NCBI GenBank assembly: GCA_965222155.1
Contig: CBDCTH010000012.1
Coordinates: 2,240,001 to 2,304,000, forward strand
Length of the DNA: 64,000 nucleotides
Direction of reading: 5' to 3'
Source of the DNA: Gammaproteobacteria bacterium
Lineage (GTDB): Bacteria; Pseudomonadota; Gammaproteobacteria; Eutrophobiales; Eutrophobiaceae
Position 1 is the stretch's first letter; every line of letters begins with the position of its first letter. Positions 1 to 11,129 of the stretch are shown one piece after another. The notes under the pieces were generated by a model. The model was not told where the DNA came from. It made no database searches and worked only from the letters and a program-made list of their open reading frames with translations. Made by a program: the position numbers and the translations under genes.

Positions 1-898
<898 letters not shown>

Positions 899-1022
899 TC
901 ACATGCAGGCACCTGGATATAAGTGATGCATGGACAACAGTGTTGTAACTCGTACATAGGCTGGAGCGGTATACTAACACACAACCGCATCCGGTGAAAT
1001 GCCTGCCAATGAGGCCGCCGCA

Positions 1023-1205
1023 TTAATGCGGCGGAATTCCGATAAGGACAGGGCCGAAAGCGTCTGTGGCCCTTTGAAATTTGTCCTCTCCGCTAAAATG
1101 CCTGTTCAAAACCACCGGTGTTACACTGGCCCAGACACGTGACGGCTTGGTCCATGTGTACGGGATAAGATTTTTCGGCGGACGTTCACGCGTTTCCAGT
1201 TCCAA
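1023..1205 (-). pseudogene. Fragment resembling type I-G (I-U) CRISPR protein Csb2 (Cas5/Cas6 fusion)
   Basis: LELETRERPPKNL..TWT.PSRVWASVTPVVLNRHF.G.DK resembles the Csb2 WASVTPxVLxRH region as I recall it; only ~60 aa, no intact gene. Confidence 0.6.
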
Positions 1206-1402
1206 TATGTATTTTTCTTGTTCGCGCCGCCACCTACCTTATCATGCTGTGCGCCCTGTTCTTCCTGGGCGGCGGCAGGTACGTCAGCCCGGATTACTGG
1301 ATCAGGCGCCGATACAATCCCGGCGGGCCGTAGGAACACCTCAACCACAAAACGGTCATTTATCTCCTGCGCCCTTCCGGCAGCGTCGGGAGGGTGGGAT
1401 TT

Positions 1403-1441
1403 ATTTGAGTATTTTAAAGTTGTAGTTTAAAATACTCAAAT
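1403..1441. promoter_or_regulatory. Perfect 16-bp inverted repeat overlapping the ATPase start codon (putative operator)
   Basis: ATTTGAGTATTTTAAA-gttgtag-TTTAAAATACTCAAAT; the right arm includes the AT of the ATG at 1440. Confidence 0.6.
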
Positions 1442-2597
1442 GTCTTATATCCCTCGAACAGCAGCGACACAGCTCCGTAAAGCTGCAAGAAACTTTCCTG
1501 CCGTCTTGTTGACGGGGCCTCGACAATGCGGGAAAACCACCTTGCTGAAGCATGTTTTTCCGAAGGCAAACTATATCCTGCTCGAAGACCCGGATGTAAT
1601 AGCCCGGGTTAACAGCGACCCTCGGGGATTTCTTGATGAATTGAAGACTCCGGTAATCCTGGATGAGATACAGAATACGCCGACATTATTGGGATACGTC
1701 CGGACGCGTATCGATACTGCTCCCGGCCGCAAGGGGCAATGGCTGCTAACCGGATCACAGGAGGCGCCGCTGATGCAGGGCGTATCCGAATCCATGGCCG
1801 GACGGGTAGCGGTATTGCAACTGTTTCCCCTGTCCATACTGGAAACCGACAAAGTCAGCGTATTGTATGGCGGTTACCCTGACATCGTCAAAAGGCCCTC
1901 CGTGGCGGACCTTTGGTTTCGATCGTACATACAGACTTACCTGGAGCGTGACGTGCGCGCCATCACGGCGATCAAAGACCTGAGCACGTTCAGGCGTTTC
2001 ATGGCGCTGTTGGCCTCCCGCCACGGCAGCATATTGAACAAGACAGATCTGGCTGCCCCGTTAGGCGTTTCAGTGCCCACAATTTCCTCATGGTTGAATA
2101 TACTCGAAATGACAGGACAGATAATCGTTGTCCCGCCATTTTACGAAAATTTCGGTAAGCGCCTGGTTAAATCACCCAAACTGTATTTCACCGATTCCGG
2201 CCTGGTTTGCCATTTGCTGGGTATCGACACTCTTACAACACTGCGCAAATCACCGTTTTACGGCATTTTGTTTGAAGGATTCGTCGCCGCGGAAGTTATC
2301 AAACACCAGGTCAACAGCGGCAAACGGAAAGAACTGTATTACTTTCGTGACCAGCAGGGACTGGAGGTTGATTTTGTCATACCACAAGGAGCGGGCGTCC
2401 TGTTACTCGTGGAAGCAAAGGTGACCAAAACACCGACTCCATCCATGGCTCAACCCCTGAGCCGCCTGTCCAGGGTGATTAACAGGTATCAAACCCGATC
2501 CATGTTAGTGCATAGCGGTTCAGAAATGACTGTGGGAAGTGTTGTAGCGCCTGGCGTATCGGCCGTTAGCCTGGCTTGTTTGTTGGGAGTTGTTTAG
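1440..2597 (+). CDS. AAA+ ATPase, COG1373 (AAA_14 + DUF4143) family
   Basis: Walker A GPRQCGKTT, Walker B ILDEIQ, LTGSQ, KSPKLYFTDSG, C-terminal EVDFV...EAK PD-(D/E)XK-like motif. Confidence 0.9.
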   Translation: MSYIPRTAATQLRKAARNFPAVLLTGPRQCGKTTLLKHVFPKANYILLEDPDVIARVNSDPRGFLDELKTPVILDEIQNTPTLLGYVRTRIDTAPGRKGQWLLTGSQEAPLMQGVSESMAGRVAVLQLFPLSILETDKVSVLYGGYPDIVKRPSVADLWFRSYIQTYLERDVRAITAIKDLSTFRRFMALLASRHGSILNKTDLAAPLGVSVPTISSWLNILEMTGQIIVVPPFYENFGKRLVKSPKLYFTDSGLVCHLLGIDTLTTLRKSPFYGILFEGFVAAEVIKHQVNSGKRKELYYFRDQQGLEVDFVIPQGAGVLLLVEAKVTKTPTPSMAQPLSRLSRVINRYQTRSMLVHSGSEMTVGSVVAPGVSAVSLACLLGVV

Positions 2598-2847
2598 AGT
2601 TATTGTCTCCATCTCCCAGAAAATACCTGAAATGGATGGAAAGCTGGTGGATAACTGAGTCTGAGAGACATGGAAATCCTGCCTGCGACGCCTCGCTGAA
2701 GTTGATACCAGTGTGGCAAAGTATATTGATCGAGGTGAATTTCGGGAACGCGTTATGGTAGGGACGATAACCGTTAGTGTGCCAGAGGCTGATACTTGAT
2801 AAAGCTGTAGAGGAATAGTGGAAACAACAGAAATATAACAAAACAAA

Positions 2848-5289
2848 ATGGCTGCTGAATATATTGCACACGTTCGATCTTCAGATGGGAAGATTCAGAC
2901 ATTGGAAAACCACCTGTTTGAGGTTTCAGACATAGCTTCAAAACTTACAGAAAAAGTGGGCTGCCGAGAAGCAGGTGCCCTATTGGGCCTCATGCACGAC
3001 TTTGGGAAATATAGTTCTGAATTTCAAAATTATATCAAGTCAGCAACAGGCGAGATAAATCCTGATGAAGACGATTACATCGATGCAAAAGGAATGAAAG
3101 GCAAGATAGATCATTCCAGTGCCGGTGCACAGTGGATATGGCATGAGTTAAAAGATGAACGTTTAGGAGGAGCATCACTTTGCGCACAGATTCTGGCGCT
3201 ATGTGTTGCATCACATCATAGCGGCCTCATTGATTGCTTAAAGCCGGAAGGTGGTAATAGTTTTATTACTCGAATGAACAAGAAAGATGAAAAAACGCAT
3301 CTGAGAGAGTGCAAAGCCAAGGCACCAACAGGAATTCTAAAGAGAGCCAAATTACTAACAAGCGAAACTCTGTTAAGAGATATGTGTCAGCACCTACGAC
3401 AATTTACGTGCAATAATCAACACGGGCAAAAAATCTCGGAAAAAATAAAATATTTTTATATTGGATTCTGGACGCGCTTTCTGTTCTCCTGCCTGATCGA
3501 TGCCGATCGAATCAACAGTGCCGATTTTGAAACTCCGAAAAACAAACAATATCGTGATAATTCCAAAGTTAACTGGCAAGTAGCTATAAATCGAACAGAG
3601 ATTTTTTTAACTGATTTGCCTGTTAGAAACCCAATTGACATAATTCGGCGCGATATTTCAGAAAAATGTAAGAAAAGAGCAATTGAGCAACAGGGCATTT
3701 ACACCATAACCGTGCCAACAGGCGGTGGCAAAACGTTTACCAGTCTGCGTTTCGCTTTGCATCATGCCAAAACACACCAACTGGACCGTATCATCTATGT
3801 TATTCCCTATACATCGATCATTGATCAGAATGCGATTGAGATAAGAAGAATCTTAGAATGTGAAGATGATCCCAAACCATGGATACTTGAACATCATTCC
3901 AATCTGGAACCGGAACAACAAACCTGGCACAGCAAGCTGGTAGCGGAAAATTGGGATGCCCCCATCATACTAACGACTATGGTACAGTTTTTGGAAACAC
4001 TGTTTGGAGCAGGCACGCGCGGCGTGCGTCGAATGCACCAATTGACAAATAGCATCATCATCTTCGATGAAATCCAGACGTTACCAATAAAATGCACTCA
4101 TCTGTTTTGCAATGCTCTAAATTTTTTAACAGCTTACCTTAAAACGACGGCAGTGTTGTGTACTGCAACGCAGCCACTGCTTAATAAACTAAAATCTCCT
4201 GAAAAAGGAGAATTATTTTTACCAAAAGATGCAGAGCTAGTTGGTGATGCTGAAAGTGTTGAAGCACTGTTTGAGGAATTAAAGCGAGTAACTGTTTGTA
4301 ATAAAATACGGGCTGGAGGCTGGACTGAAAATGAGGTGGCAGAGTTGGCAGTATCAGAATTCCAAAAAGTGGGGAGTTGCCTGATTGTTGTCAATACTAA
4401 AGCATGGGCACAAACACTGTATGGAATCTGTTCGTCTACAGTAGATAAAGATAGCCTGTTTCACCTCAGCACTAATCAATGCCCTGCCCACCGGAGAACA
4501 ATACTAAAACAAGTTCGTGACAAGCTGGATGACAATGAGCCAGTTCTTTGTATCAGTACACAACTGGTTGAAGCAGGTGTGGATATAGATTTTGGTAGTG
4601 TCATCCGTACCTTGGCTGGACTTGATTCGATTGCACAAGCGGCTGGGCGCTGTAATCGTAATGGTAGAAAGGAGAAAGGTGTAGTCTATGTAGTTAATCC
4701 GAAAAAGGAATCTATCGATTTATTAAAAGATATTAAAGAGGGGCGCAATAAAGCACAGCGTGTATTAGATGAGGTCGATAGCGATGACCTACTCAGTCCA
4801 AAGGCGATGAATCAATATTTTAATTATTATTTTTTCGAGCGCGCCGATGAGATGAGTTATCCGGTTACCGAAAAATATGCGACTCGCACCGACACCTTGC
4901 TTAACTTGTTAAGCGATAACAAAATAAATGTCACTAAACATAATAATTCATTACTCCGACAGTCCTTTATGACGGCAGGCAAGGCATTCAAAGCTATTGA
5001 AGCGCCTACTGAAACATTGATTGTGCCTTATGAGAAGGGAAAAGAAACCATCACCAACCTTTGTGCAGTAGCTAAAGAATTTGATCCTGGGAAATACTAC
5101 GATCTAATAAGAGAGGCTCAAAAGTACAGTGTCAACTTATTTCCCAATGTGCGACAAAAGCTGGCTAAAGCAGGCGCAATATACGAAATTCAAAGTGAAG
5201 GTATCTACTATTTAGATGAACGTTTCTATAGTGATGAGTTTGGTATTTCTACCGAGATGGTAAAGCAGTTAGAGCCTATGATATGTTAA
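2848..5289 (+). CDS. cas3: CRISPR-associated helicase/nuclease Cas3
   Basis: HD domain (MHDFGK, HHSG, LIDAD) followed by SF2 helicase (PTGGGKT, DEIQ, TATQP, QAAGRCNR). Confidence 0.97.
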   Translation: MAAEYIAHVRSSDGKIQTLENHLFEVSDIASKLTEKVGCREAGALLGLMHDFGKYSSEFQNYIKSATGEINPDEDDYIDAKGMKGKIDHSSAGAQWIWHELKDERLGGASLCAQILALCVASHHSGLIDCLKPEGGNSFITRMNKKDEKTHLRECKAKAPTGILKRAKLLTSETLLRDMCQHLRQFTCNNQHGQKISEKIKYFYIGFWTRFLFSCLIDADRINSADFETPKNKQYRDNSKVNWQVAINRTEIFLTDLPVRNPIDIIRRDISEKCKKRAIEQQGIYTITVPTGGGKTFTSLRFALHHAKTHQLDRIIYVIPYTSIIDQNAIEIRRILECEDDPKPWILEHHSNLEPEQQTWHSKLVAENWDAPIILTTMVQFLETLFGAGTRGVRRMHQLTNSIIIFDEIQTLPIKCTHLFCNALNFLTAYLKTTAVLCTATQPLLNKLKSPEKGELFLPKDAELVGDAESVEALFEELKRVTVCNKIRAGGWTENEVAELAVSEFQKVGSCLIVVNTKAWAQTLYGICSSTVDKDSLFHLSTNQCPAHRRTILKQVRDKLDDNEPVLCISTQLVEAGVDIDFGSVIRTLAGLDSIAQAAGRCNRNGRKEKGVVYVVNPKKESIDLLKDIKEGRNKAQRVLDEVDSDDLLSPKAMNQYFNYYFFERADEMSYPVTEKYATRTDTLLNLLSDNKINVTKHNNSLLRQSFMTAGKAFKAIEAPTETLIVPYEKGKETITNLCAVAKEFDPGKYYDLIREAQKYSVNLFPNVRQKLAKAGAIYEIQSEGIYYLDERFYSDEFGISTEMVKQLEPMIC

Positions 5290-5295
5290 ACAGCC

Positions 5296-6006
5296 ATGAA
5301 TGCAAAAAATACAATTGAATTCAAACTGACGGGTAAATACGCACTTTTTACCGATCCTATTACAAAAATTGGTGGAGAGAAATTTTCATATCATGTGCCA
5401 ACTTATGAAGCAATCAAAGGGGTGCTGAAGTCGATTTACTGGAAACCAACATTTATATGGTACGTGGACGAAGTGCGAGTTATGAAGCCCCTAAGAACTC
5501 AGGCAAAAGGTATGAAACCAATGAAATACCACAGAGCTGGTAATGAACTATCAATTTATACCTATCTGCATGACGTGGAATATCAGGTGAAAGCGCATTT
5601 TGAGTGGAATGAGTATCGTCCGGAGTTGGAACAAGACCGCAATGACGGCAAACACTTCAATATTGCTAAACGTATGCTTGAAAAAGGCGGGAGACAGGAT
5701 ATTTTTTTGGGAGTCAGAGATTGTCAGGGATATGTTGAACCTTGCATATTTGAAGAAGAGAAAGGCTCTTACGATGATATCGAGGAACTCGGATTTGGTA
5801 TGATGTTTCATAGTTTTGGTTATCCAGATGAAACAGGCAAGAATGAGTTGGTAAAGCGCCTATGGAACGCCGTAATGAAGAAGGGTGTAATTGAATATCC
5901 GCGTCCCGAGGAATGTAAGACAGTTTTTGTCCGTCAAATGACTGCCAAACAGTTTGGTTTAGGGAAAAATGTGATAGCTGTGGGGGAAGAGGAAACACGG
6001 TTATGA
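5296..6006 (+). CDS. cas5: Type I-C Cas5 (Cas5c/Cas5d)
   Basis: YALFTDPITKIGGEKFSYHVPTYEA...IYWKP; position after cas3. Confidence 0.95.
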   Translation: MNAKNTIEFKLTGKYALFTDPITKIGGEKFSYHVPTYEAIKGVLKSIYWKPTFIWYVDEVRVMKPLRTQAKGMKPMKYHRAGNELSIYTYLHDVEYQVKAHFEWNEYRPELEQDRNDGKHFNIAKRMLEKGGRQDIFLGVRDCQGYVEPCIFEEEKGSYDDIEELGFGMMFHSFGYPDETGKNELVKRLWNAVMKKGVIEYPRPEECKTVFVRQMTAKQFGLGKNVIAVGEEETRL

Positions 6007-7970
6007 GTTGGCTTGCGAAACTCCACGAAACGTATGAAAACGGCGCGGCCTTGGACCTACCTATTAGTGATCAAATAATGCCCATCAGCCATACTCCGCA
6101 AAATGCCCATATCAATATTGTTATTGATATTGATGGAAAGTTCCAAAGAGCCGCAGTTTTGCAAAACACTCAAATAATATTACCTGCTACTGAAAGTTCC
6201 GCCGGGCGTAGCAGTGGCGAAACACCACATCCATTAGCAGATAAACTCCAATACGTTGCTAAAGACTATGCTGACTATGGAGGCAAGAAAAATTCGTATT
6301 TTGATAGTTATATAAAACAGCTTAAAAAATGGTGTGAATCAGATTTTTCACATCGACATGTTACTGCTGTATATCATTATGTTAAGAAAGGTACCGTGAT
6401 AAAGGATTTGATTGATTTTTCAATATGCCATATTTCTTCGGACGATATTTTACTGACCAAATGGGAAGATGAAAGTATTGAACCACCTGCGCTATTCAGA
6501 TCATTGCCCAAAGAAAAGGGAGAACTGGACCAGGGTAATGCGATGGTATGCTGGACAGTTGAAGTCAGCAGTGATCCGGACTCGAATACTTGGCAAAACA
6601 AATCCTTACAGGAAAAATGGATCAAATATAATGCTTCGATAGGAGGTATTGAAGGGCTTTGCTATGTGAGTGGAACTCAGAAAGTACTAATAACAAATCA
6701 CCCGGCTAAGCTCAGACATACAGGTGACAAGGCAAAGCTGATTTCTGCTAACGATATGGGCGGTTTTACCTTTCGAGGTCGGTTTACGGATTCCAAAAAA
6801 ACAGTGGAACAAACTGGCTATCAGTCTGTTGGTGTAGGATCAGATGTAAGCCAAAAAGCTCACAATGCTTTGCGTTGGCTCTTATCCCGTCAAGGATTTC
6901 GAAACGGAGATCAAGCTATCGTATCTTGGGCTGTTTCCGGTAAGGAAATTCCGCAACCTGTCCAAGATACCTGGTCAATGTTGGGCAAAGAACTGTCAGA
7001 AAATGCTGAATCTGGCACTATCCAACAACACGACGAAATTGACCATACTATAGATGTCGGTGAGTCTTTCGCTCACTCTCTGAACAAATATATGGCGGGG
7101 TATCGAGCGAAGCTGGCACCTGATGAAAGTATTGTCATTATGGCACTGGACGCCGCAACGCCGGGACGAATGGGTATTACCTATTATCGTGAAACCTTTG
7201 CATCTGAATTCATTGATGTGGTAAAACGGTGGCATGAAAATTTGGCTTGGTTCCAAAGATATATCCCTAATGGCAAAAAGAAGCCTAAAATCAAGATTGT
7301 CTGGCCACTCAGTGCACCGTCTCCCGAAATAATATGGGAGGCTGTTTATGGTAAAACGCTAACTGATAGTTTAAAGAAAAACCTTATCGAACGAATTCTT
7401 CCCTGCATTGTCGAGGGTAGACCGATACCTTTCGACATTGTTAATTCCTGTATTCAGCGGGCAAGCAACCCTAATGGTTTGGAGCATTGGGAATGGGAAC
7501 AATGCTTGGGTGTCGCTTGCTCATTATTCAAGGGTTACTATCGTCGTCATCCAGACCCAAACAAACGGAGAGATTATTTTATGGCTTTAGACGAAAAAAA
7601 TACCTCACGCGATTATTTATATGGTCGTCTATTAGCAGTTGCAGAGCGCATCGAATACATAGCGTTACAAGTGGCTAATGAGAAGCGATCCACTACTGCT
7701 GAACGGATGATGCAGCACTTTGCTGACAGGCCTTGCAGCAGTTGGCGGAATATTGAATTGGCCCTGCAGCCTTATATACAACGATTGAAAAATTCACGAG
7801 AAGGATTTTTAGTTAATCGTCAAAAAGAACTTGATGCCATTATGAGTTCTTTTGAGAGCAATGAATTTACTTCCGAGAACCCCCTGAGTGGAGAGTTTTT
7901 ATTGGGTTTTCATTGCCAGAGACTTTCTTTGTGGCAAAAAACTGAACCAACAACTGACCAAGATGAATGA
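6003..7970 (+). CDS. cas8c: Type I-C large subunit Cas8c/Csd1
   Basis: MSWLAKLHETY, PHPLADKLQY, SQKAHNALRWL, internal MALDE..TSRDYLYGRLLAVAE (Cas11c region). Confidence 0.95.
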   Translation: MSWLAKLHETYENGAALDLPISDQIMPISHTPQNAHINIVIDIDGKFQRAAVLQNTQIILPATESSAGRSSGETPHPLADKLQYVAKDYADYGGKKNSYFDSYIKQLKKWCESDFSHRHVTAVYHYVKKGTVIKDLIDFSICHISSDDILLTKWEDESIEPPALFRSLPKEKGELDQGNAMVCWTVEVSSDPDSNTWQNKSLQEKWIKYNASIGGIEGLCYVSGTQKVLITNHPAKLRHTGDKAKLISANDMGGFTFRGRFTDSKKTVEQTGYQSVGVGSDVSQKAHNALRWLLSRQGFRNGDQAIVSWAVSGKEIPQPVQDTWSMLGKELSENAESGTIQQHDEIDHTIDVGESFAHSLNKYMAGYRAKLAPDESIVIMALDAATPGRMGITYYRETFASEFIDVVKRWHENLAWFQRYIPNGKKKPKIKIVWPLSAPSPEIIWEAVYGKTLTDSLKKNLIERILPCIVEGRPIPFDIVNSCIQRASNPNGLEHWEWEQCLGVACSLFKGYYRRHPDPNKRRDYFMALDEKNTSRDYLYGRLLAVAERIEYIALQVANEKRSTTAERMMQHFADRPCSSWRNIELALQPYIQRLKNSREGFLVNRQKELDAIMSSFESNEFTSENPLSGEFLLGFHCQRLSLWQKTEPTTDQDE

Positions 7971-7984
7971 CTAAGGAGAAATAT

Positions 7985-8842
7985 ATGAGCTTGGAAAACA
8001 AAATCGACTTTGCAATTATTTTTAGTGTACGAAACGCAAATCCAAATGGAGACCCCTTGAATGGAAATCGCCCACGCGTAGATTATGATGGTTTTGGTGA
8101 AATTACTGACGTATGCCTGAAAAGAAAAATTCGCGATCGTCTGCAATCTGAAGGACATTCTATTTTCGTGCAGTCTGATGAGAAGAAAACCGATGGTATG
8201 ACCAGTCTAAAAAATCGAGCCGAACATCAAGAACATGGTTTAGGTAAAGACGCGTTTAATAGCAAAGAGACTCCTATAGAAGAGACTGCTAAATCGGCTT
8301 GTAAAAAATGGTTTGATGTGCGGACATTTGGACAGTTATTTGCGTTTAAAAGCGATAGAAAAGATGGCGTGTCAATCCCAATTCGTGGGCCGGTTAGTAT
8401 TCAGTCAGCTTTTAGTTTGTCTCCAGTTAGTATCACCAGTACACAAATTACTAAGAGCGTTAGCGGAGAAGGCGATGGTGAGAAGAAAAGCTCTGACACA
8501 ATGGGTATGAAACATCGTGTCGATAGAGCAGTTTATGTCACTTACGGCGCCATGACTCCGCAGTTGGCTGATCGTACAGGATTTAATAATGAAGATGCAG
8601 AAACAATAAAGGCAGTGCTCCCAAAACTGTTCGAAGGAGACGCATCTTCCGCAAGACCCGAGGGCAGTATGTCTATAGATAAAGTAATCTGGTGGCAACA
8701 TAGCTCAAAATCAGGTCAGTATTCCTCATTCAAAGTACACGGGTCACTTAGGGATATTATCCAATCTAATGGGAGCTTTGATAAGGATAAATTAGAGAGA
8801 TCACTGGAAGGATTGGAGACTGAAATCATTGACGGTTTTTAA
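7985..8842 (+). CDS. cas7: Type I-C Cas7/Csd2
   Basis: NANPNGDPLNGNRPR, TDVCLKRKIRD, DVRTFG; RBS AAGGAG precedes ATG 7985. Confidence 0.96.
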   Translation: MSLENKIDFAIIFSVRNANPNGDPLNGNRPRVDYDGFGEITDVCLKRKIRDRLQSEGHSIFVQSDEKKTDGMTSLKNRAEHQEHGLGKDAFNSKETPIEETAKSACKKWFDVRTFGQLFAFKSDRKDGVSIPIRGPVSIQSAFSLSPVSITSTQITKSVSGEGDGEKKSSDTMGMKHRVDRAVYVTYGAMTPQLADRTGFNNEDAETIKAVLPKLFEGDASSARPEGSMSIDKVIWWQHSSKSGQYSSFKVHGSLRDIIQSNGSFDKDKLERSLEGLETEIIDGF

Positions 8843-8917
8843 ACCTTTGATGATGCAACTATTCGTAACGTCGGGTATACACGAGGTAGCCACTTTTTAT
8901 ATTCATCAAAGATAAAT

Positions 8918-9181
8918 ATGAGCATCGCCAGTTTTCGACTACAACCGAACATAGAATATCTTTTGAAAAAACTATCCAAAAAATTGGACAGCAGTAAAAA
9001 TTACCTGATCAATCAGACAGTAAAGGAATATGTCGAACGCCAAGCGATGGAGGATATACACTGGGCCGATACTCTGCTGTCTCTGAAGTCTGTACAGACA
9101 GGCAAGACAGTACCGGACGATCAGGTAATCTCATGGCTGAAAAGTTGGGGAACAGATAAAGAATTACCAAAACCTGAATAG
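8918..9181 (+). CDS. RHH/CopG-type antitoxin
   Basis: 87 aa, SFRL...SKNYLINQ.VKEYV...V.SWL.SWGT..ELP pattern; overlaps toxin start. Confidence 0.85.
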   Translation: MSIASFRLQPNIEYLLKKLSKKLDSSKNYLINQTVKEYVERQAMEDIHWADTLLSLKSVQTGKTVPDDQVISWLKSWGTDKELPKPE

Positions 9182-9474
9182 TGGATATTGAGTTTACGCC
9201 GGAGGCCTTAGACGACTTGGAACGACTCCGACAATTTTTAGTGGGTGCTGGCGCGCCCTAAGCTGAAGAGATGGCATCCGACATCATACGGAGTTTACAG
9301 AATTTACGATTATTTCCCCGCGTGAGGCTACCTGTGCGACGAGCGCCTGATCCTGATGTCGTACGTGACTGGTATATTGGCCGGTATTGTGTACGCTATC
9401 TTATTGGCAGCGATGCCATTTATATTCTGAGAATATGGCACGGCAAGGAAGATGAACGAAACCGTTTACCCTGA
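9181..9474 (+). pseudogene. RelE/ParE-family toxin interrupted by in-frame TAA at 9259-9261
   Basis: GTG start: MDIEFTPEALDDLERLRQFLVGAGAP*AEEMASDII...RDWYIGRYCVRY...ILRIWHGKE. Confidence 0.85.
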
Positions 9475-9500
9475 TACTTACCGTGTGAATGATAAAATAC

Positions 9501-10121
9501 ATGGACAATCCAATCCCCATCTCCGCCTTACAGCATTACGCATTTTGTCCACGCCAATGCGCGTATATTCATATTGAACAACTTTGGCGGGATAATTTTC
9601 TGACTGCCAAAGGCAACCAACTCCATGAGCGTGTACACAGCAACAAAACAGAACAGCGCGGCCGTTTGAGAACGGAACGAGGAGTGCAGGTTTATTCAGC
9701 ACAATACGGTCTTACAGGAAAACTGGATTTACTTGAAATCAAGTCAGATTCCAGGCAACTAACCCCTATTGAATATAAACGCGGCAAACCTAAAACGGAT
9801 GATTGCGACCGCATTCAATTGTGTGCCCAAGTATTATGTTTGGAAGAGATGCGGGACGTCGTTATTCATCGCTCTGCGTTATGGTACTGGCAGGTACGCA
9901 AACGCGAATGGGTCAACATTGATAAACCGTTACGTGACCTGACCATCGACATTATTCATGCTACGCGTAAACTGTTGCAGGATGGGTCAATCCCGCCAGC
10001 GGTTTATTCGCCCTCATGCAAAGCATGTTCTTTCTTTGATGATATCTGCCACCCGCGTAAAACTGATCAATCCAAACGTTATGTAAGAGACATATTTGAG
10101 GATGAAGAAGTTACTCAATAA
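9501..10121 (+). CDS. cas4: Cas4
   Basis: ISALQHYAFCPRQ, IEYKRG, QLCAQ, C-terminal CKACSFFDDIC Fe-S cysteines. Confidence 0.96.
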   Translation: MDNPIPISALQHYAFCPRQCAYIHIEQLWRDNFLTAKGNQLHERVHSNKTEQRGRLRTERGVQVYSAQYGLTGKLDLLEIKSDSRQLTPIEYKRGKPKTDDCDRIQLCAQVLCLEEMRDVVIHRSALWYWQVRKREWVNIDKPLRDLTIDIIHATRKLLQDGSIPPAVYSPSCKACSFFDDICHPRKTDQSKRYVRDIFEDEEVTQ

Positions 10122-11121
10122 TTTATACATAACTACCAATGGCAGTTATGTACACAAAGAACGGGAAACTCTCGCTATCAAGCAGGGAGGCAAAAAAGTT
10201 TTTCAACTACCTTTTCATACCATTCAAAATTTATTTTGCTTCGGCCATATCATGGTGTCACCGGATTTGTTAGCCGCCTGTGGCGAGAAAGGAATCAACG
10301 TTTCGTTTTTCTCTGAGTACGGAAAATTTCAATCACGAATACAGGGTCCGCAATCGGGAAATGTATTATTACGTAGGGCACAGTATCGTAAAGCAGATGA
10401 CTCGCCTCAGGTCCTGGCGCAACTCTTTGTTGCAGCCAAGCTTTCCAACTGTCGCACTATGGTTATGCGACATCAACGCAATCATGGTAAAAATGAGGAG
10501 CTTGAACGATTAGCAAAGCACTTGGGCAATAACCTCAAACGGCTGCAACAATGCCATGATATCGACCGAATGCGTGGAATTGAGGGAGATTCCGCCGCGT
10601 CTTATTTCGGATGTTTCAACCACTTGATTGTTGACGACCTGAAAGCGTCCTTTCCTTTTTCGGGAAGGACAAAAAGACCGCCTCTCGACCGTGTAAATGC
10701 CTTGCTCTCATTTGCCTATACCCTGTTAACCCATGAGATTGCTTCGGCCTTACAAGGTGTGGGGATCGATCCTTATGTGGGCTTTTTGCATACAGACCGG
10801 CCTGGCAGGTTGAGCCTGGCTCTGGATATGCTCGAAGAATTCCGTGCCTGGTGGTGCGATCGTTTTGTTTTGACACTGATTAACCGGAAACAGATTTCTC
10901 CGAATGACTTTATTGAAGAAGGCAGCGGTGCCATTCGTTTGAAGGATGATGCTCGAAAGAAATTCCTCGCCGCTTGGCAAGATAGAAAACAGGATGAACT
11001 GCAACATCCTTATACGGAGGAAAAGATTTATACCGGGCTGCTACCTCACGTTCAGGCTATGTTGCTTTCACGTTATTTACGCAAAGATATGGAAATCTAT
11101 ACCCCATTCATCTCGCGTTGA
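10102..11121 (+). CDS. cas1: Cas1, type I-C
   Basis: MKKLLNNLYIT, GNVLLRRAQY, RGIEG, NALLSFAY, SLALDMLEEFR. Confidence 0.97.
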   Translation: MKKLLNNLYITTNGSYVHKERETLAIKQGGKKVFQLPFHTIQNLFCFGHIMVSPDLLAACGEKGINVSFFSEYGKFQSRIQGPQSGNVLLRRAQYRKADDSPQVLAQLFVAAKLSNCRTMVMRHQRNHGKNEELERLAKHLGNNLKRLQQCHDIDRMRGIEGDSAASYFGCFNHLIVDDLKASFPFSGRTKRPPLDRVNALLSFAYTLLTHEIASALQGVGIDPYVGFLHTDRPGRLSLALDMLEEFRAWWCDRFVLTLINRKQISPNDFIEEGSGAIRLKDDARKKFLAAWQDRKQDELQHPYTEEKIYTGLLPHVQAMLLSRYLRKDMEIYTPFISR

Positions 11122-11129
11122 GGTAGGTA

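Noticed and set aside
2598-2847. Possible WYL-regulator remnant or CreTA-like RNA upstream of cas3
   Set aside because: No repeat-like sequence and no convincing protein motif in any frame I read
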